Both the position numbers and the translations under genes were made by a program. Below, in pieces: positions 1 to 9,100 of a stretch of DNA of 29,241 nt (position 1 is the first letter of the stretch; each line of letters starts with the position of its first letter). The notes below the pieces were generated by a model. It was not told the origin of the DNA. It worked only from the letters and a program-made list of their open reading frames with translations, and did not search any database. Source of the stretch: a virus (lineage: Duplodnaviria; Caudoviricetes); IMG/VR virus record IMGVR_UViG_3300006164_001599, positions 1 through 29,241 of that record; one strand, given 5' to 3'.

Positions 1-513
1 CATATGCTCCCGTTTAGGCATCCTCAAATCTCACTTAGAGTTCATGTTCCTATCTTTGTACTGAGGCAACTAGGAAAACACCAAGTTGGATTCTCCTGGA
101 GTGAAGTTTCACGTAGATATATTTCAACTGATCCTGAATTCTATGAACCTAGCTTAAACACTCCTTGGCGAAAAAGACCTGATGAAAATATTAAGCAAGG
201 ATCAGGAGAAGATTTCCCAATGAATACCCAGATTGAACTAGCAACTCAAAGTGTGATTATAAATAATCAACTTATAAAGAATTATAAATACTATTTAGAG
301 ATTGGAGTAGCACCTGAGCAAGCTAGAATTATGCTACCCCAATCAATGTATACTACTGTGTATGTAACAGGATCATTATTAGGATGGGCTCATATGTACA
401 AAGAACGAACTAGCCAAACTACTCAGTTAGAATCTAGATATTACGCTTACGCAATAGGCGAGATTATGGAAGAACTATATCCAGCATCATGGAAGGCATT
501 AAATGAAGTGTAA
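1..513 (+). CDS. thyX: Flavin-dependent thymidylate synthase ThyX, 5'-truncated by the window edge
   Basis: Frame is open from nt 1 (H-M-L-P-F-R-H...). It shows PIFVLRQLGKHQVGFSWSEVSRRY (variant of the RHRx7S motif), GVAPEQARIMLPQSMYT and ERTSQTTQLE. The ThyX N-terminus is absent, so the true start is probably upstream. Confidence 0.93.
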   Translation, partial: HMLPFRHPQISLRVHVPIFVLRQLGKHQVGFSWSEVSRRYISTDPEFYEPSLNTPWRKRPDENIKQGSGEDFPMNTQIELATQSVIINNQLIKNYKYYLEIGVAPEQARIMLPQSMYTTVYVTGSLLGWAHMYKERTSQTTQLESRYYAYAIGEIMEELYPASWKALNEV

Positions 514-673
514 AGCATGTGGTTATGATGATACTAAAAATACCATTAAATTTAAAATGTATATAGTAGTAGGAGAGGAAGGATACTCGATGACAGGCTG
601 TAAAAGAAGGACAGAGTATTGCTTATATGTTTGCCCTGAAGAAGAATGTGCAACGGTAAAATTATATGACTAA
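503..673 (+). CDS. Small Cys-rich putative zinc-ribbon protein (56 aa), not in the ORF track
   Basis: Hand translation: MKCKACGYDDTKNTIKFKMYIVVGEEGYSMTGCKRRTEYCLYVCPEEECATVKLYD. It has CxxC and CPxxxC motifs and overlaps both neighbours, filling the thyX-nuclease gap exactly. Confidence 0.75.
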   Translation: MKCKACGYDDTKNTIKFKMYIVVGEEGYSMTGCKRRTEYCLYVCPEEECATVKLYD

Positions 674-1691
674 AAGTATTGTAATAGGTGATTTACACCT
701 GAGAGATAAGGGCTATGGTTATATTGAACACCAAGTTAAAACTATTGTGGACACTGTAAACTCAGGAGACTTCTTCGCAGTAGTATTCTTAGGTGATGTG
801 TTTGATAAACGTAAACCAACCCCAACAGAGCTAATAAGATTTAATGATATCCTAAGCTCAGTAAACACGAAGAAGAAATATGTTATCAGAGGCAACCATG
901 AGTCTGAAACTCGTAGTGACAACGGTGTTACCGTGTTATCTCTTTTTCACAACCCGAATAAAGGAGTACATATCTATGAGCATACAGGACGAGCAGACCA
1001 CAAAGGATTTCCCAAAACTACATTCGTTCCTCATTACGAAGATACTGAAACCATTATCGAAAGTTTGGAACATGCTCCTGACGGTGATTTGGTTTTTGGT
1101 CACTTTGGCTACACTACTGGTAGCAATAGTTTTCGCGCTGATTCTGCTTCTATCCCTGTTAGTAATTTTAATAACTTTACTATTTTGGGGCATATACACA
1201 GATATTCTAAACAAGATAACGTTATGACTCTAGGTACTCCTTATCAGGTTAACTTTGGTGAACATAATAAGGATTGCTTCTACGGGGTTATACATCATGA
1301 TGAGCAGAAGTTTACCAAATTCACTAAGCGCAAGGTTAAAGGAGGTCTTAGACATATAGTATGCTCTTATGAAGACCTAGGAATGTATCAAAAATACTAC
1401 GATAACCCTAACTACTATACTTTGGTAAAACTGCTTCTAACCAAGCTGGACGAAAACACCTCCTTCTCGTTTAAGAATGAAATCCTAGAGAAGTACAACA
1501 TAGACAGGTTAGATATGTCATTTGCCCCTATTATCGAACAGGGTAAGAGGTCAGAGGACGTTAGTATGTTCTCGCCTAAACGACACCTATTTAAAATTAA
1601 CGAGGTTATTATCAATGACTATATTGATAATAATATTACTTCTCTAGATAGAGAAGATATTGAAGCAGGATACAAGATACTATCTGAATGA
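666..1691 (+). CDS. sbcD: Mre11/SbcD/gp47-like metallophosphoesterase nuclease
   Basis: Motifs GDLH, LGDVFD, RGNHE, FGH, LGHIH and GTPYQ. Coupled by ATGA to a Rad50-like ATPase. Confidence 0.9.
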   Translation: MTKSIVIGDLHLRDKGYGYIEHQVKTIVDTVNSGDFFAVVFLGDVFDKRKPTPTELIRFNDILSSVNTKKKYVIRGNHESETRSDNGVTVLSLFHNPNKGVHIYEHTGRADHKGFPKTTFVPHYEDTETIIESLEHAPDGDLVFGHFGYTTGSNSFRADSASIPVSNFNNFTILGHIHRYSKQDNVMTLGTPYQVNFGEHNKDCFYGVIHHDEQKFTKFTKRKVKGGLRHIVCSYEDLGMYQKYYDNPNYYTLVKLLLTKLDENTSFSFKNEILEKYNIDRLDMSFAPIIEQGKRSEDVSMFSPKRHLFKINEVIINDYIDNNITSLDREDIEAGYKILSE

Positions 1692-3304
1692 AAATAGATA
1701 AAATAATCATACATAACTTTTACTCCATTAGAGATATGGAGATTACATTTGATGATTACTCAGGCGCAATTTTAATTGACGGTAATAACTTAGATGATGG
1801 TGGTTCAGTAGGAACAGGTAAGTCTGCTATCTTAGAAGCTATCACTTGGGGACTGTTCGGTAAAACCATACGTAAAAGTACAGAGGACTCGTTAGTAAAT
1901 AACATAGCCAAGAAGGATTGTTATATAATTACCCAAGTTAATGGTAACTGCTTTATACACCGATCCCGTAGACCTACTAAGCTAGAGTTTTATATTGACG
2001 ATGATAATGAGACTTTGGACAACGCTATTGCTACACAGAAGCTCATAGAAAAGCACTTAGAAATTAACTATAAGCTATTCTTAGCGTCTACCGTATTTGG
2101 ACAGCATAATTTGGTTGAGTTCCTAGGAGCGACAGCAGAAGATAAGAGAACCATTATCAGGAACTTCCTAAATCTTGATGACGTATTTGATAAGCGCGAG
2201 AAGATCAAAGGTATCAAATCTACTTTGAATGGAGAGGTAAAAGATAATAACGTCCGTATTAAGCAAGGAGAATCCTCTGTCTCCAGATTAACTAAGAAGT
2301 TAGGTGAAATTAAAATAGCCAAGGCTGAAGGTTTAGATACATTAGGAGTTACAGAGAATATTCTTAAATCTAACAATTATGATGATATTAAAACTAAAGA
2401 AGATAGAATTGCTTTAATAGAACAGAAAATGGACTCCTATAGTAAGGATATTAACAGGATTACCGATGAATCTGTAGTTTACGAAAATCTTGTAGGTGAG
2501 GGAGTATATTCAAGAGAAACTACTTGTGATGTTTGTAATAATGGAACTTTACTGGAAGAAGAGACAGAGGGGGATATTACTTACTATAAAAAGACTCTTA
2601 ATAAATTAGTTAAAGATATTGAATCTATTAGAGTTTTAGATGAGGGGTTAAAGGACGAGTACAATAATATTAAGATTACTGTGTCTTCTGAGGTTATCGC
2701 TAGAGCTAACAAGATCTACACTTTAATCTCTGAGCAACAAAACGTAGAAGAAAGTCTAAAGGAAGCTCAAGAAGAAGTAGATAAACTATCTAATGTTAAT
2801 CAGGCTCATATGAAAGAGCTTGAGGTAATGAAGTTCTGGGAAGTAGCATTTTCTGAGAAAGGATTGATTAGATATATTATCAGGAATATCCTAGATTACT
2901 TCAATACTTCTTGTAACTATTTCCTTAACTTCTTATCAGCAGGTAAGTTAGAAGTAACATTCGACGAGAAGCTACAGGAGACGATTTACAATAGTGGTCG
3001 TAAGGTCCACTTCTCAGGTCTTTCTGGTGGAGAACGTAAAAAGCTCAATTTGGCTGTGGCGTTAAGTTTACAGCGACTATTATGTTTCTCTGAGGAGACT
3101 CAGACAAACTTATTATTTCTTGACGAGATTGCTGAAAATTTAGATCCTGAAAGCATTGAAGGACTCTATATATTACTACAAGATCTTAAGAAAACAAAGA
3201 CTTTGTTTATTATTACACATAATAAACACCTTAAATCCTTACTCTCTGGCTGTAGCAAATTAAGCATACTTAAGAGAGACGGTGAAACGAAACTAATCAA
3301 ATAA
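1688..3304 (+). CDS. sbcC: Rad50/SbcC/gp46-like ABC ATPase recombination endonuclease subunit
   Basis: IHNFYS start, Walker A GSVGTGKS, Q-loop FGQ, coiled coil with central CDVC zinc hook, signature LSGGE, Walker B LLFLDE, IITH. Confidence 0.93.
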   Translation: MKIDKIIIHNFYSIRDMEITFDDYSGAILIDGNNLDDGGSVGTGKSAILEAITWGLFGKTIRKSTEDSLVNNIAKKDCYIITQVNGNCFIHRSRRPTKLEFYIDDDNETLDNAIATQKLIEKHLEINYKLFLASTVFGQHNLVEFLGATAEDKRTIIRNFLNLDDVFDKREKIKGIKSTLNGEVKDNNVRIKQGESSVSRLTKKLGEIKIAKAEGLDTLGVTENILKSNNYDDIKTKEDRIALIEQKMDSYSKDINRITDESVVYENLVGEGVYSRETTCDVCNNGTLLEEETEGDITYYKKTLNKLVKDIESIRVLDEGLKDEYNNIKITVSSEVIARANKIYTLISEQQNVEESLKEAQEEVDKLSNVNQAHMKELEVMKFWEVAFSEKGLIRYIIRNILDYFNTSCNYFLNFLSAGKLEVTFDEKLQETIYNSGRKVHFSGLSGGERKKLNLAVALSLQRLLCFSEETQTNLLFLDEIAENLDPESIEGLYILLQDLKKTKTLFIITHNKHLKSLLSGCSKLSILKRDGETKLIK

Positions 3305-5196
3305 TGGCATCTTTTAAACTATCCGGTTACGGACATGAAATTTTTATGGATAAGTACGCTTATCCCGGAGAAACAACTTGGGGAGAAAGATCCAAGGTTA
3401 TCGCAAGAACAGTAGCGAGTGCTGAGTTAGATGATGATAAGATCAAATGGGAGAAGAAGTTTAGAGAGATTTTAGATCCTGCTGACTTCATTCCCGGTGG
3501 TAGAATTATATTCGGAGCAGGTAGGAACGCTAATCAGCAGAATTTACTTAACTGCTTCGGACTATCTCCTGAGGATTCCGTAGAGAGCCTTGGTAAGAAC
3601 CTTAATGATATGTTCACTATTGCTTGTGGTGGCGGTGGAATTGGTTTTAACATGGGCGAAGTCAGACCTAAAGGTGATTCTATTCAAAACCTCTCACACG
3701 CTGCTCCTGGCACTATTTCCAGTCTATTAATGTATGATAAGATTGGAGAGCATATTAAAGCTGGAGGAAACCGAAGAGTAGCTTTACTTGGAATGCTTCC
3801 TGTGACACATCCTGACATTCTTGATTACCTTGATGTTAAACTTAACAAAGGGAAACTTTCAAACTTTAATATCTCCGTAGGTATTACTGATCGTTTTATT
3901 GAAGCATGTGAAGCTGATGAGGACTGGTATTTCTTCTTTAATAGTAAGCAATATTATCGTTATAAGGTTGAAATATTAGTAGATAAAGAGTCTAGTTTAT
4001 GTAGAACAGTATATATTAACGCTTTATCTGTAGAAGATGCATTAGGTAGAGCCAATGCTTTTTCTAAGAATAGTTACGCAGAAGAAGCTATATCAGCGAA
4101 ACTAGCTCCAATGAAAGCTAAAGAACTTTGGAACTACATCTGGACTAACTCACTAAAGTCAGGAGATCCTGGTATTCTTAACATTGATATGATTACTAAG
4201 CATACTAATGTTTCTTACTTTGAGAAGCTAGTAATTACAAATCCTTGTGGCGAAATTCCCCTCCCTGCTTACGGTAATTGTTGTCTAGGTCACATTAACT
4301 TATCTAATATGGTAGTTGATGGTCAAGTAGATTGGAAGAGGTTAGCTAAGACTGTTCGTAGAGGAGTTAGATTCCTTGACAACGTACTTACGATTAATGC
4401 TTATCCTACTCCCGATACTAAGGACGCTGGAGAAAGGTCACGTAGGATTGGACTAGGCGTTACTGGACTTCACTATATGCTTATTAAACTAGGCCTGAGA
4501 TATGGTAGCGAGAAGTCACTTGAGTTCGTAGAGAGACTATTTGATACGATTAGAAACGAATCTTATATTACCTCTGCTTACATCGCTAGAGATAAGACTC
4601 CATTTACTGCATTCGACCGAACCCAATACCTTGAACAACCCTTTGCCAAAACTCTTCCAGCTAGAGTTAGAATGATGATCAAGCAGTATGGTATTCGTAA
4701 TGCTGTATCCTTGACTGTAGCTCCAGTAGGAACCACATCTATTGTGTTCGGAGTGTCCACAGGGCTTGAGCCCATCTTCTCACCAATGTATTACAGAACT
4801 CACATCGTAGACGGTGTACATAAGAAGACTGTTTTAATGGATAAGCTCTTTGAACAATATATTAAAGAAGGTAAGTCAGTAGAACACTTCGTTGGAGCTT
4901 ATGACGTATTACCTGAAGAGCATATGAAAATGCAAGTAGCCATCCAAGCAAGAGTTGATAGTTCTACTTCCAAGACAATTAACTTTGCTGAGGATTTTAA
5001 TGACCCTACTTTTGCAGACAAAGCTCTTGAATATGTAAAGGAGCTTAAAGGCTTGACAATTTATCGAGCAGGAAGTAAGGGAAATGAACCATTAAAGGTA
5101 ATCCCTACCACGCAAGAGAATATTGATAAGTACATTGGGTCTGAAGTAGGAAGTAATAGTGGGGATGTCTGTAGTCTTACTGGTGGAGGTTGCTAA
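3304..5196 (+). CDS. nrdJ: Ribonucleotide reductase, most likely class II (adenosylcobalamin-dependent)
   Basis: Motifs FIPGGRI, LLNC, GGGIG, NFNISV, TNPCGEIPL, CCLGHINL, RRIGLGVTG, TVAPVGTTS, SKTIN, KGLTIYRAGSK and a C-terminal Cys pair CSLTGGGC. There is no ATP cone and no small subunit in the window. The RNR call is secure; the class is inferred. Confidence 0.85.
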   Translation: MASFKLSGYGHEIFMDKYAYPGETTWGERSKVIARTVASAELDDDKIKWEKKFREILDPADFIPGGRIIFGAGRNANQQNLLNCFGLSPEDSVESLGKNLNDMFTIACGGGGIGFNMGEVRPKGDSIQNLSHAAPGTISSLLMYDKIGEHIKAGGNRRVALLGMLPVTHPDILDYLDVKLNKGKLSNFNISVGITDRFIEACEADEDWYFFFNSKQYYRYKVEILVDKESSLCRTVYINALSVEDALGRANAFSKNSYAEEAISAKLAPMKAKELWNYIWTNSLKSGDPGILNIDMITKHTNVSYFEKLVITNPCGEIPLPAYGNCCLGHINLSNMVVDGQVDWKRLAKTVRRGVRFLDNVLTINAYPTPDTKDAGERSRRIGLGVTGLHYMLIKLGLRYGSEKSLEFVERLFDTIRNESYITSAYIARDKTPFTAFDRTQYLEQPFAKTLPARVRMMIKQYGIRNAVSLTVAPVGTTSIVFGVSTGLEPIFSPMYYRTHIVDGVHKKTVLMDKLFEQYIKEGKSVEHFVGAYDVLPEEHMKMQVAIQARVDSSTSKTINFAEDFNDPTFADKALEYVKELKGLTIYRAGSKGNEPLKVIPTTQENIDKYIGSEVGSNSGDVCSLTGGGC

Positions 5197-5633
5197 TGGA
5201 CTATAACTATAAATGTTGGGAATGTGATTTAGAATTAATCATTGAACGTCCTATGGGAAAAGCTCCCAAGAAGACTAAATGCCCTTCATGTAATAAAATG
5301 TCAGAACGTAACTATGAAACAATGACTTTTCAAATGAAAGGTGATTGTCATACCAATAGAGCTAAGATATTTAAGAAGCAGAGATTAGGTTTGGATAAAC
5401 AGGAAGCACATACTTTCTATAATCAATCCATTGATGCATCCAAAGAGAGACAGAAAACTGGGGGTCATCAGTATGCTAGTTATGATTTCACAGAAGAGCA
5501 ATGCGCTGGACTAGGAGCTAGGAAACTAAATCCTGAAGAACAAACAGCTAAGAGAGAAAGAGATAAAATACTCACCACAATGCAGCATGAGAAAGCTGGA
5601 TTAACAATTAATAAGAAACACAAGCAATCATGA
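5196..5633 (+). CDS. FmdB-family zinc-ribbon protein with long C-terminal extension
   Basis: MDYNYKCWEC...KCPSC. Start placed at ATG 5196 (TAATG overlap with the RNR stop) instead of the track's TTG at 5190. Confidence 0.8.
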   Translation: MDYNYKCWECDLELIIERPMGKAPKKTKCPSCNKMSERNYETMTFQMKGDCHTNRAKIFKKQRLGLDKQEAHTFYNQSIDASKERQKTGGHQYASYDFTEEQCAGLGARKLNPEEQTAKRERDKILTTMQHEKAGLTINKKHKQS

Positions 5634-6922
5634 CATTTAACTTCGGAGATTCAATACAGAGATCAATCCTTTACTTAGCTAAAAGCGATCCTGACTTTTA
5701 TAACCAAATCAATAGTATGGTAAGATCTGATTACTTTGAGTCAGATATTCAAGGACAAATATTTAAATGTATTAATGATTACCATGATAAATTTAGTGTA
5801 CTTCCATTAGATTCGGTTATTATGAATGAAGTTTGTACTTCTAAAAATAAACTTACTCTAGAAGATGAGATTGCTTATATTAATAAAGGGGCTGGAGACG
5901 CAGTTGAGCATAAAGAATACTTCCTAGATGAAGTAGAAAAGTTTGCTAAAGAAGAGTCAATGAAGCTTGCTATTACCGATAGTATTGGTCACCTTAAGGA
6001 AGGCAACTATGGTAAAATTGAAGAACTTGTAAAGGGTGCGCTAACAGTAAACAGAAATGTAGATACTGGACACACATATTTCACAGATTACAAGCAACGC
6101 TTCTTAGATGAACTAGATAGAAGTAAAAGGGATATATTCGCTACTACATTCAAATCTCTAAACGATCCTCTTGAGGGAGGAAGTGAACGAGGTGAGATTC
6201 TAATGGTAGCTGCTCCCGGTGGAGTTGGCAAATCTATTGCTATGGTAAATCAAGGTGTAACTTCCTTGATTGAGGGCAGAAAGGTTTTATATATTACATT
6301 GGAAATGAGTGAGTCTAGAGTTGCCAAAAGGTTTGACTCAATGCTAACTCTAGTACCACAAGATAAGCTTAAATCCGAGGTACTTAAAGTAGAAAGACGA
6401 TTGGAAACAGTAGCAGAGAAGTTTGGTCCTAATGCTCTTAGGATTAAAAGGTTCCAACCTTATCAAATAGACGCTAATACGATCAAGGCCTTATTAACCA
6501 ACCTTAAGAATTACGATAACTTTATCCCAGACGTAGTTATCGTGGATTACCTTGAGCTAATGAACTGTACTATTTTAGATCTCCCTGAGTACAAATCACA
6601 GGAACGTATCGTGCATGAATTAAGATCTATTGGTATCGAGTTCAATGCATTTATGTGTACATGTACTCAAACTAACAGAGACGGTAAGAAAGTCAATATT
6701 ATTACTGATGCTGAACTAGCTGACTCCTACGGTAAGATTAGAGCTTGTGATTTAGCTTATAGTCTTAATCAAACTCAAGAAGAGAAGGATCAAGGTAAAA
6801 TGAGGATTTATGCAATGAAGACTAGAAATGGTGCTTCTGGATTTTTGTTTGAGATTAATATTGATTATAAGACTCTTTCGATGAAGGAAAACCCCAAAAC
6901 TAAGGTAACAGATAATGAGTAA
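5630..6922 (+). CDS. Replicative SF4 helicase (DnaB/T4 gp41-like)
   Basis: Walker A APGGVGKS, YITLEMSE, VIVDYLELM, TQTNR, ADSYGK, KTRNG. Confidence 0.93.
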   Translation: MTFNFGDSIQRSILYLAKSDPDFYNQINSMVRSDYFESDIQGQIFKCINDYHDKFSVLPLDSVIMNEVCTSKNKLTLEDEIAYINKGAGDAVEHKEYFLDEVEKFAKEESMKLAITDSIGHLKEGNYGKIEELVKGALTVNRNVDTGHTYFTDYKQRFLDELDRSKRDIFATTFKSLNDPLEGGSERGEILMVAAPGGVGKSIAMVNQGVTSLIEGRKVLYITLEMSESRVAKRFDSMLTLVPQDKLKSEVLKVERRLETVAEKFGPNALRIKRFQPYQIDANTIKALLTNLKNYDNFIPDVVIVDYLELMNCTILDLPEYKSQERIVHELRSIGIEFNAFMCTCTQTNRDGKKVNIITDAELADSYGKIRACDLAYSLNQTQEEKDQGKMRIYAMKTRNGASGFLFEINIDYKTLSMKENPKTKVTDNE

Positions 6923-7241
6923 AATAACTGATATATCAGAGGTTGATATGGGGTGGGCTGTATTTATAGTTAACTTTACTAGTGAAGATTTTTTTTCTGA
7001 GGGGGATAGATGTTATGGTCTTATTGATATGGATGAATATGTAATATCCATCGACAATAGACAACATGAAGCCGCTATTAAGGAAACCTTTCTTCATGAG
7101 TTAACACATGCTATACTTAGGTCAGCAGGACTAGAGGATGAGATTTCTATGGATGAGGAACAACTAGTACATATCCTTACAAGAGGGTATCTCACTATTT
7201 CAAGGTTAAACCCTGAGCTTATAAAGCATCTACTGGTATAA
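6915..7241 (+). CDS. Small HExxH zinc-metallopeptidase-like protein (ImmA/IrrE-like minimal domain)
   Basis: CYGLID...ETFLHELTHAIL...DEEQLV. Confidence 0.7.
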   Translation: MSKITDISEVDMGWAVFIVNFTSEDFFSEGDRCYGLIDMDEYVISIDNRQHEAAIKETFLHELTHAILRSAGLEDEISMDEEQLVHILTRGYLTISRLNPELIKHLLV

Positions 7242-7250
7242 TAAGACATG
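7234..7250 (+). promoter_or_regulatory. Putative extended -10 promoter, 5 nt before ATG (leaderless)
   Basis: TGG-TATAAT(7237-7242)-AAGAC-ATG(7248). No Shine-Dalgarno sequence. Confidence 0.65.
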
Positions 7251-7688
7251 GAGCAGATAACTATTGAAGATTTCGATTGGGACTTATACGCTGAACTTTC
7301 TAAGTCAGTTGTAACTATCGATCAGAATGATATACCTAAAGAGTTAGCAGAACAAGCTTATAGATACTCAATGTATCATGGGTTTCTAATGTCAGCTAAA
7401 CATCTTTATGATTTATCCGTACACCATTTAGATCGTTTCGTAGCAGTAACGACTAAGGAAACCAGAGCAGACTGGATAGTACGAGGTAAGAAAACTACAG
7501 ACAAAGCAACTGAAGCATATGTAACTGCAACTGATGAGTATAATCGGTTACATGAAGATGTAATTAAGTATAATTACAAAGTAGGACTTTTGAAAGGGCT
7601 AGTGTCTTCTTTAGAACAAAGACACAGTATGCTTGTCCAACTCTCATCAAACCAACGTTCTGAAACCAAGCTATACGCACAAAACTAA
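7248..7688 (+). CDS. UvsY-like recombination mediator
   Basis: 146-aa all-helical protein with a KKTTDKATEAYVTATDEY...SLEQRHSMLVQLSS pattern, directly upstream of the gp32-like SSB. A RecA/UvsX is also in the window. Inferred from size, pattern and context. Confidence 0.6.
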   Translation: MEQITIEDFDWDLYAELSKSVVTIDQNDIPKELAEQAYRYSMYHGFLMSAKHLYDLSVHHLDRFVAVTTKETRADWIVRGKKTTDKATEAYVTATDEYNRLHEDVIKYNYKVGLLKGLVSSLEQRHSMLVQLSSNQRSETKLYAQN

Positions 7689-7689
7689 T

Positions 7690-8475
7690 ATGACTAAGAT
7701 TGATCTAGCCGCACTACGCGCAAAACATGAACAACTAATCGCTGCCCAAGGTGGCGGCAACACCAACAAGGACTTCCTTGAAAACTTTCTAACTGTAAAC
7801 ACTAACGAAGAAACCGTAGTACGAGTACTTCCTAGTATTGATGAAGAAGTATCAAGCTTCTTTGCTGAAACAGCTATTCACCGTATTCCTAAGGATTATA
7901 ATAATAAAAAAGGGGGAGTAACTAACTATCACTGTGCAAGACTTAAAGGCGATGCCTGTCCTATCTGTGATGTTTATTATGATCTTTGGAAAACAGGTGT
8001 GAAAACTGATGAAGATCTAGCACGTAAAGTTAAGCCCGGAAAACGTTATTATCTTAACGTTTATGATCGTGCTAACAAAGGTGTAAAGATTTTCTCTACG
8101 GGAATTAAGGTATTTGATAAGATTATCTCATCAATCCTTAACACTGAAGATTACGGTGACTTCCTTGATACTGTTGAGGGACATGATTTCAAAATCGTTA
8201 AAACTCAGCAAGGAACAGACTGGCCTGATTACTCACAATCAATGGCTCGTCCTAAAGCAACTAAACTAGGCACTTCAAAAGAGATCTCTGAAATCATGGA
8301 CAACCTTCATGATATTCATGGTCTTATTAAAGTTAAGCCTTATGATGAACTTAAGAAGGTAGGAATGGAAATTCGTATGCATTCTACTTTAGAGGTACAA
8401 CCCTCTGAACACAAAAATTCTGAACCAGAAGAAGAAGCTTCTGATGAGGATTTCGCTAACAGACTTAAAGGATAA
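7690..8475 (+). CDS. gp32-like single-stranded DNA-binding protein
   Basis: VVRVLP, zinc ligands H...C...CPIC, KRYYLNV, GHDFKIVK, WPDYSQS, acidic tail EPEEEASDED. Start placed at ATG 7690, just after the upstream stop. Confidence 0.88.
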   Translation: MTKIDLAALRAKHEQLIAAQGGGNTNKDFLENFLTVNTNEETVVRVLPSIDEEVSSFFAETAIHRIPKDYNNKKGGVTNYHCARLKGDACPICDVYYDLWKTGVKTDEDLARKVKPGKRYYLNVYDRANKGVKIFSTGIKVFDKIISSILNTEDYGDFLDTVEGHDFKIVKTQQGTDWPDYSQSMARPKATKLGTSKEISEIMDNLHDIHGLIKVKPYDELKKVGMEIRMHSTLEVQPSEHKNSEPEEEASDEDFANRLKG

Positions 8476-9056
8476 TGAATAAATTAACAACAATATTACT
8501 CCTAGTAATCATCCCGTTACTAGGATCGTGTGCAATGATGCAATCTCTCTTTATGGGAGAAGAAGGAACTGAGGCTATGATGGTAACATCACTGTCTAAT
8601 GTAAGGCCTGAAATGGTGCAAGAAGCTGGAGTTATCCCTGAGGGCGTAATTCCAGAAGAAGCTATTAAGGTTTTTGGGGATAGTATTTTTGTACTAACTC
8701 CTGAGAGTTCTTTGATTGATCCTTCTTTAGGATTTGTACTTATTCCCGGTGAAGAAGGCTTTACTAAAGAGGGGATTTGGGACAGTATTATGACTGTGGG
8801 TAAAGTAGCTATTCCAGGCTTTGCGGCTTGGGAAGGTGTACTAGCCCTATTCTCTCCTCGTAAGAGGAAGCATTATGGTACTGTAAAGAAGGCTGTTCTT
8901 CCTTGGAACTCAACTACGGTTGCTGAAGGAATTAAAGCTCTTGGTAAGGCTATAGGTACTATGCACTCAAGCACTGAGAGTGAAAAGGCAGCAAATGACT
9001 CTACTCTTGTAGTTTCTGAAGAAATGCCCAAAAAGACTGAACCAATTAACGGTTAA
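8475..9056 (+). CDS. Putative lipoprotein of unknown function
   Basis: Signal peptide MNKLTTILLLVIIPLLGS-C (lipobox). An internal hydrophobic stretch VAIPGFAAWEGVLALFS is followed by basic PRKRKHY. Confidence 0.72.
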   Translation: MNKLTTILLLVIIPLLGSCAMMQSLFMGEEGTEAMMVTSLSNVRPEMVQEAGVIPEGVIPEEAIKVFGDSIFVLTPESSLIDPSLGFVLIPGEEGFTKEGIWDSIMTVGKVAIPGFAAWEGVLALFSPRKRKHYGTVKKAVLPWNSTTVAEGIKALGKAIGTMHSSTESEKAANDSTLVVSEEMPKKTEPING

Positions 9057-9059
9057 TAT

Positions 9060-9100
9060 AAATCCCTTTGGTATAATAAGATATACCAAAGGGATTTTTT
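9060..9100 (+). terminator. Perfect 16-bp hairpin with T-tract (intrinsic terminator-like) containing a promoter motif
   Basis: AAATCCCTTTGGTATA(9060-9075) / loop ATAAGA / TATACCAAAGGGATTT(9082-9097). The T-run reaches 9100, immediately before ATG 9101. Confidence 0.8.
9069..9082 (+). promoter_or_regulatory. Putative extended -10 promoter inside the hairpin
   Basis: TGG-TATAAT(9072-9077)-AAGAT. The 12-mer GTATAATAAGAT is identical to the one before recA (24979-24990). Confidence 0.65.

Noticed and set aside
258-290. T4 late promoter TATAAATA copies in thyX (and one near 17384)
   Set aside because: They are inside coding sequence, far from start codons, and expected by chance in AT-rich DNA.
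3961-4110. Intein or intron in the RNR, helicase or RecA
   Set aside because: No C/S...HN-C/S/T splice junctions or LAGLIDADG motifs, and the frames are uninterrupted and near normal length.
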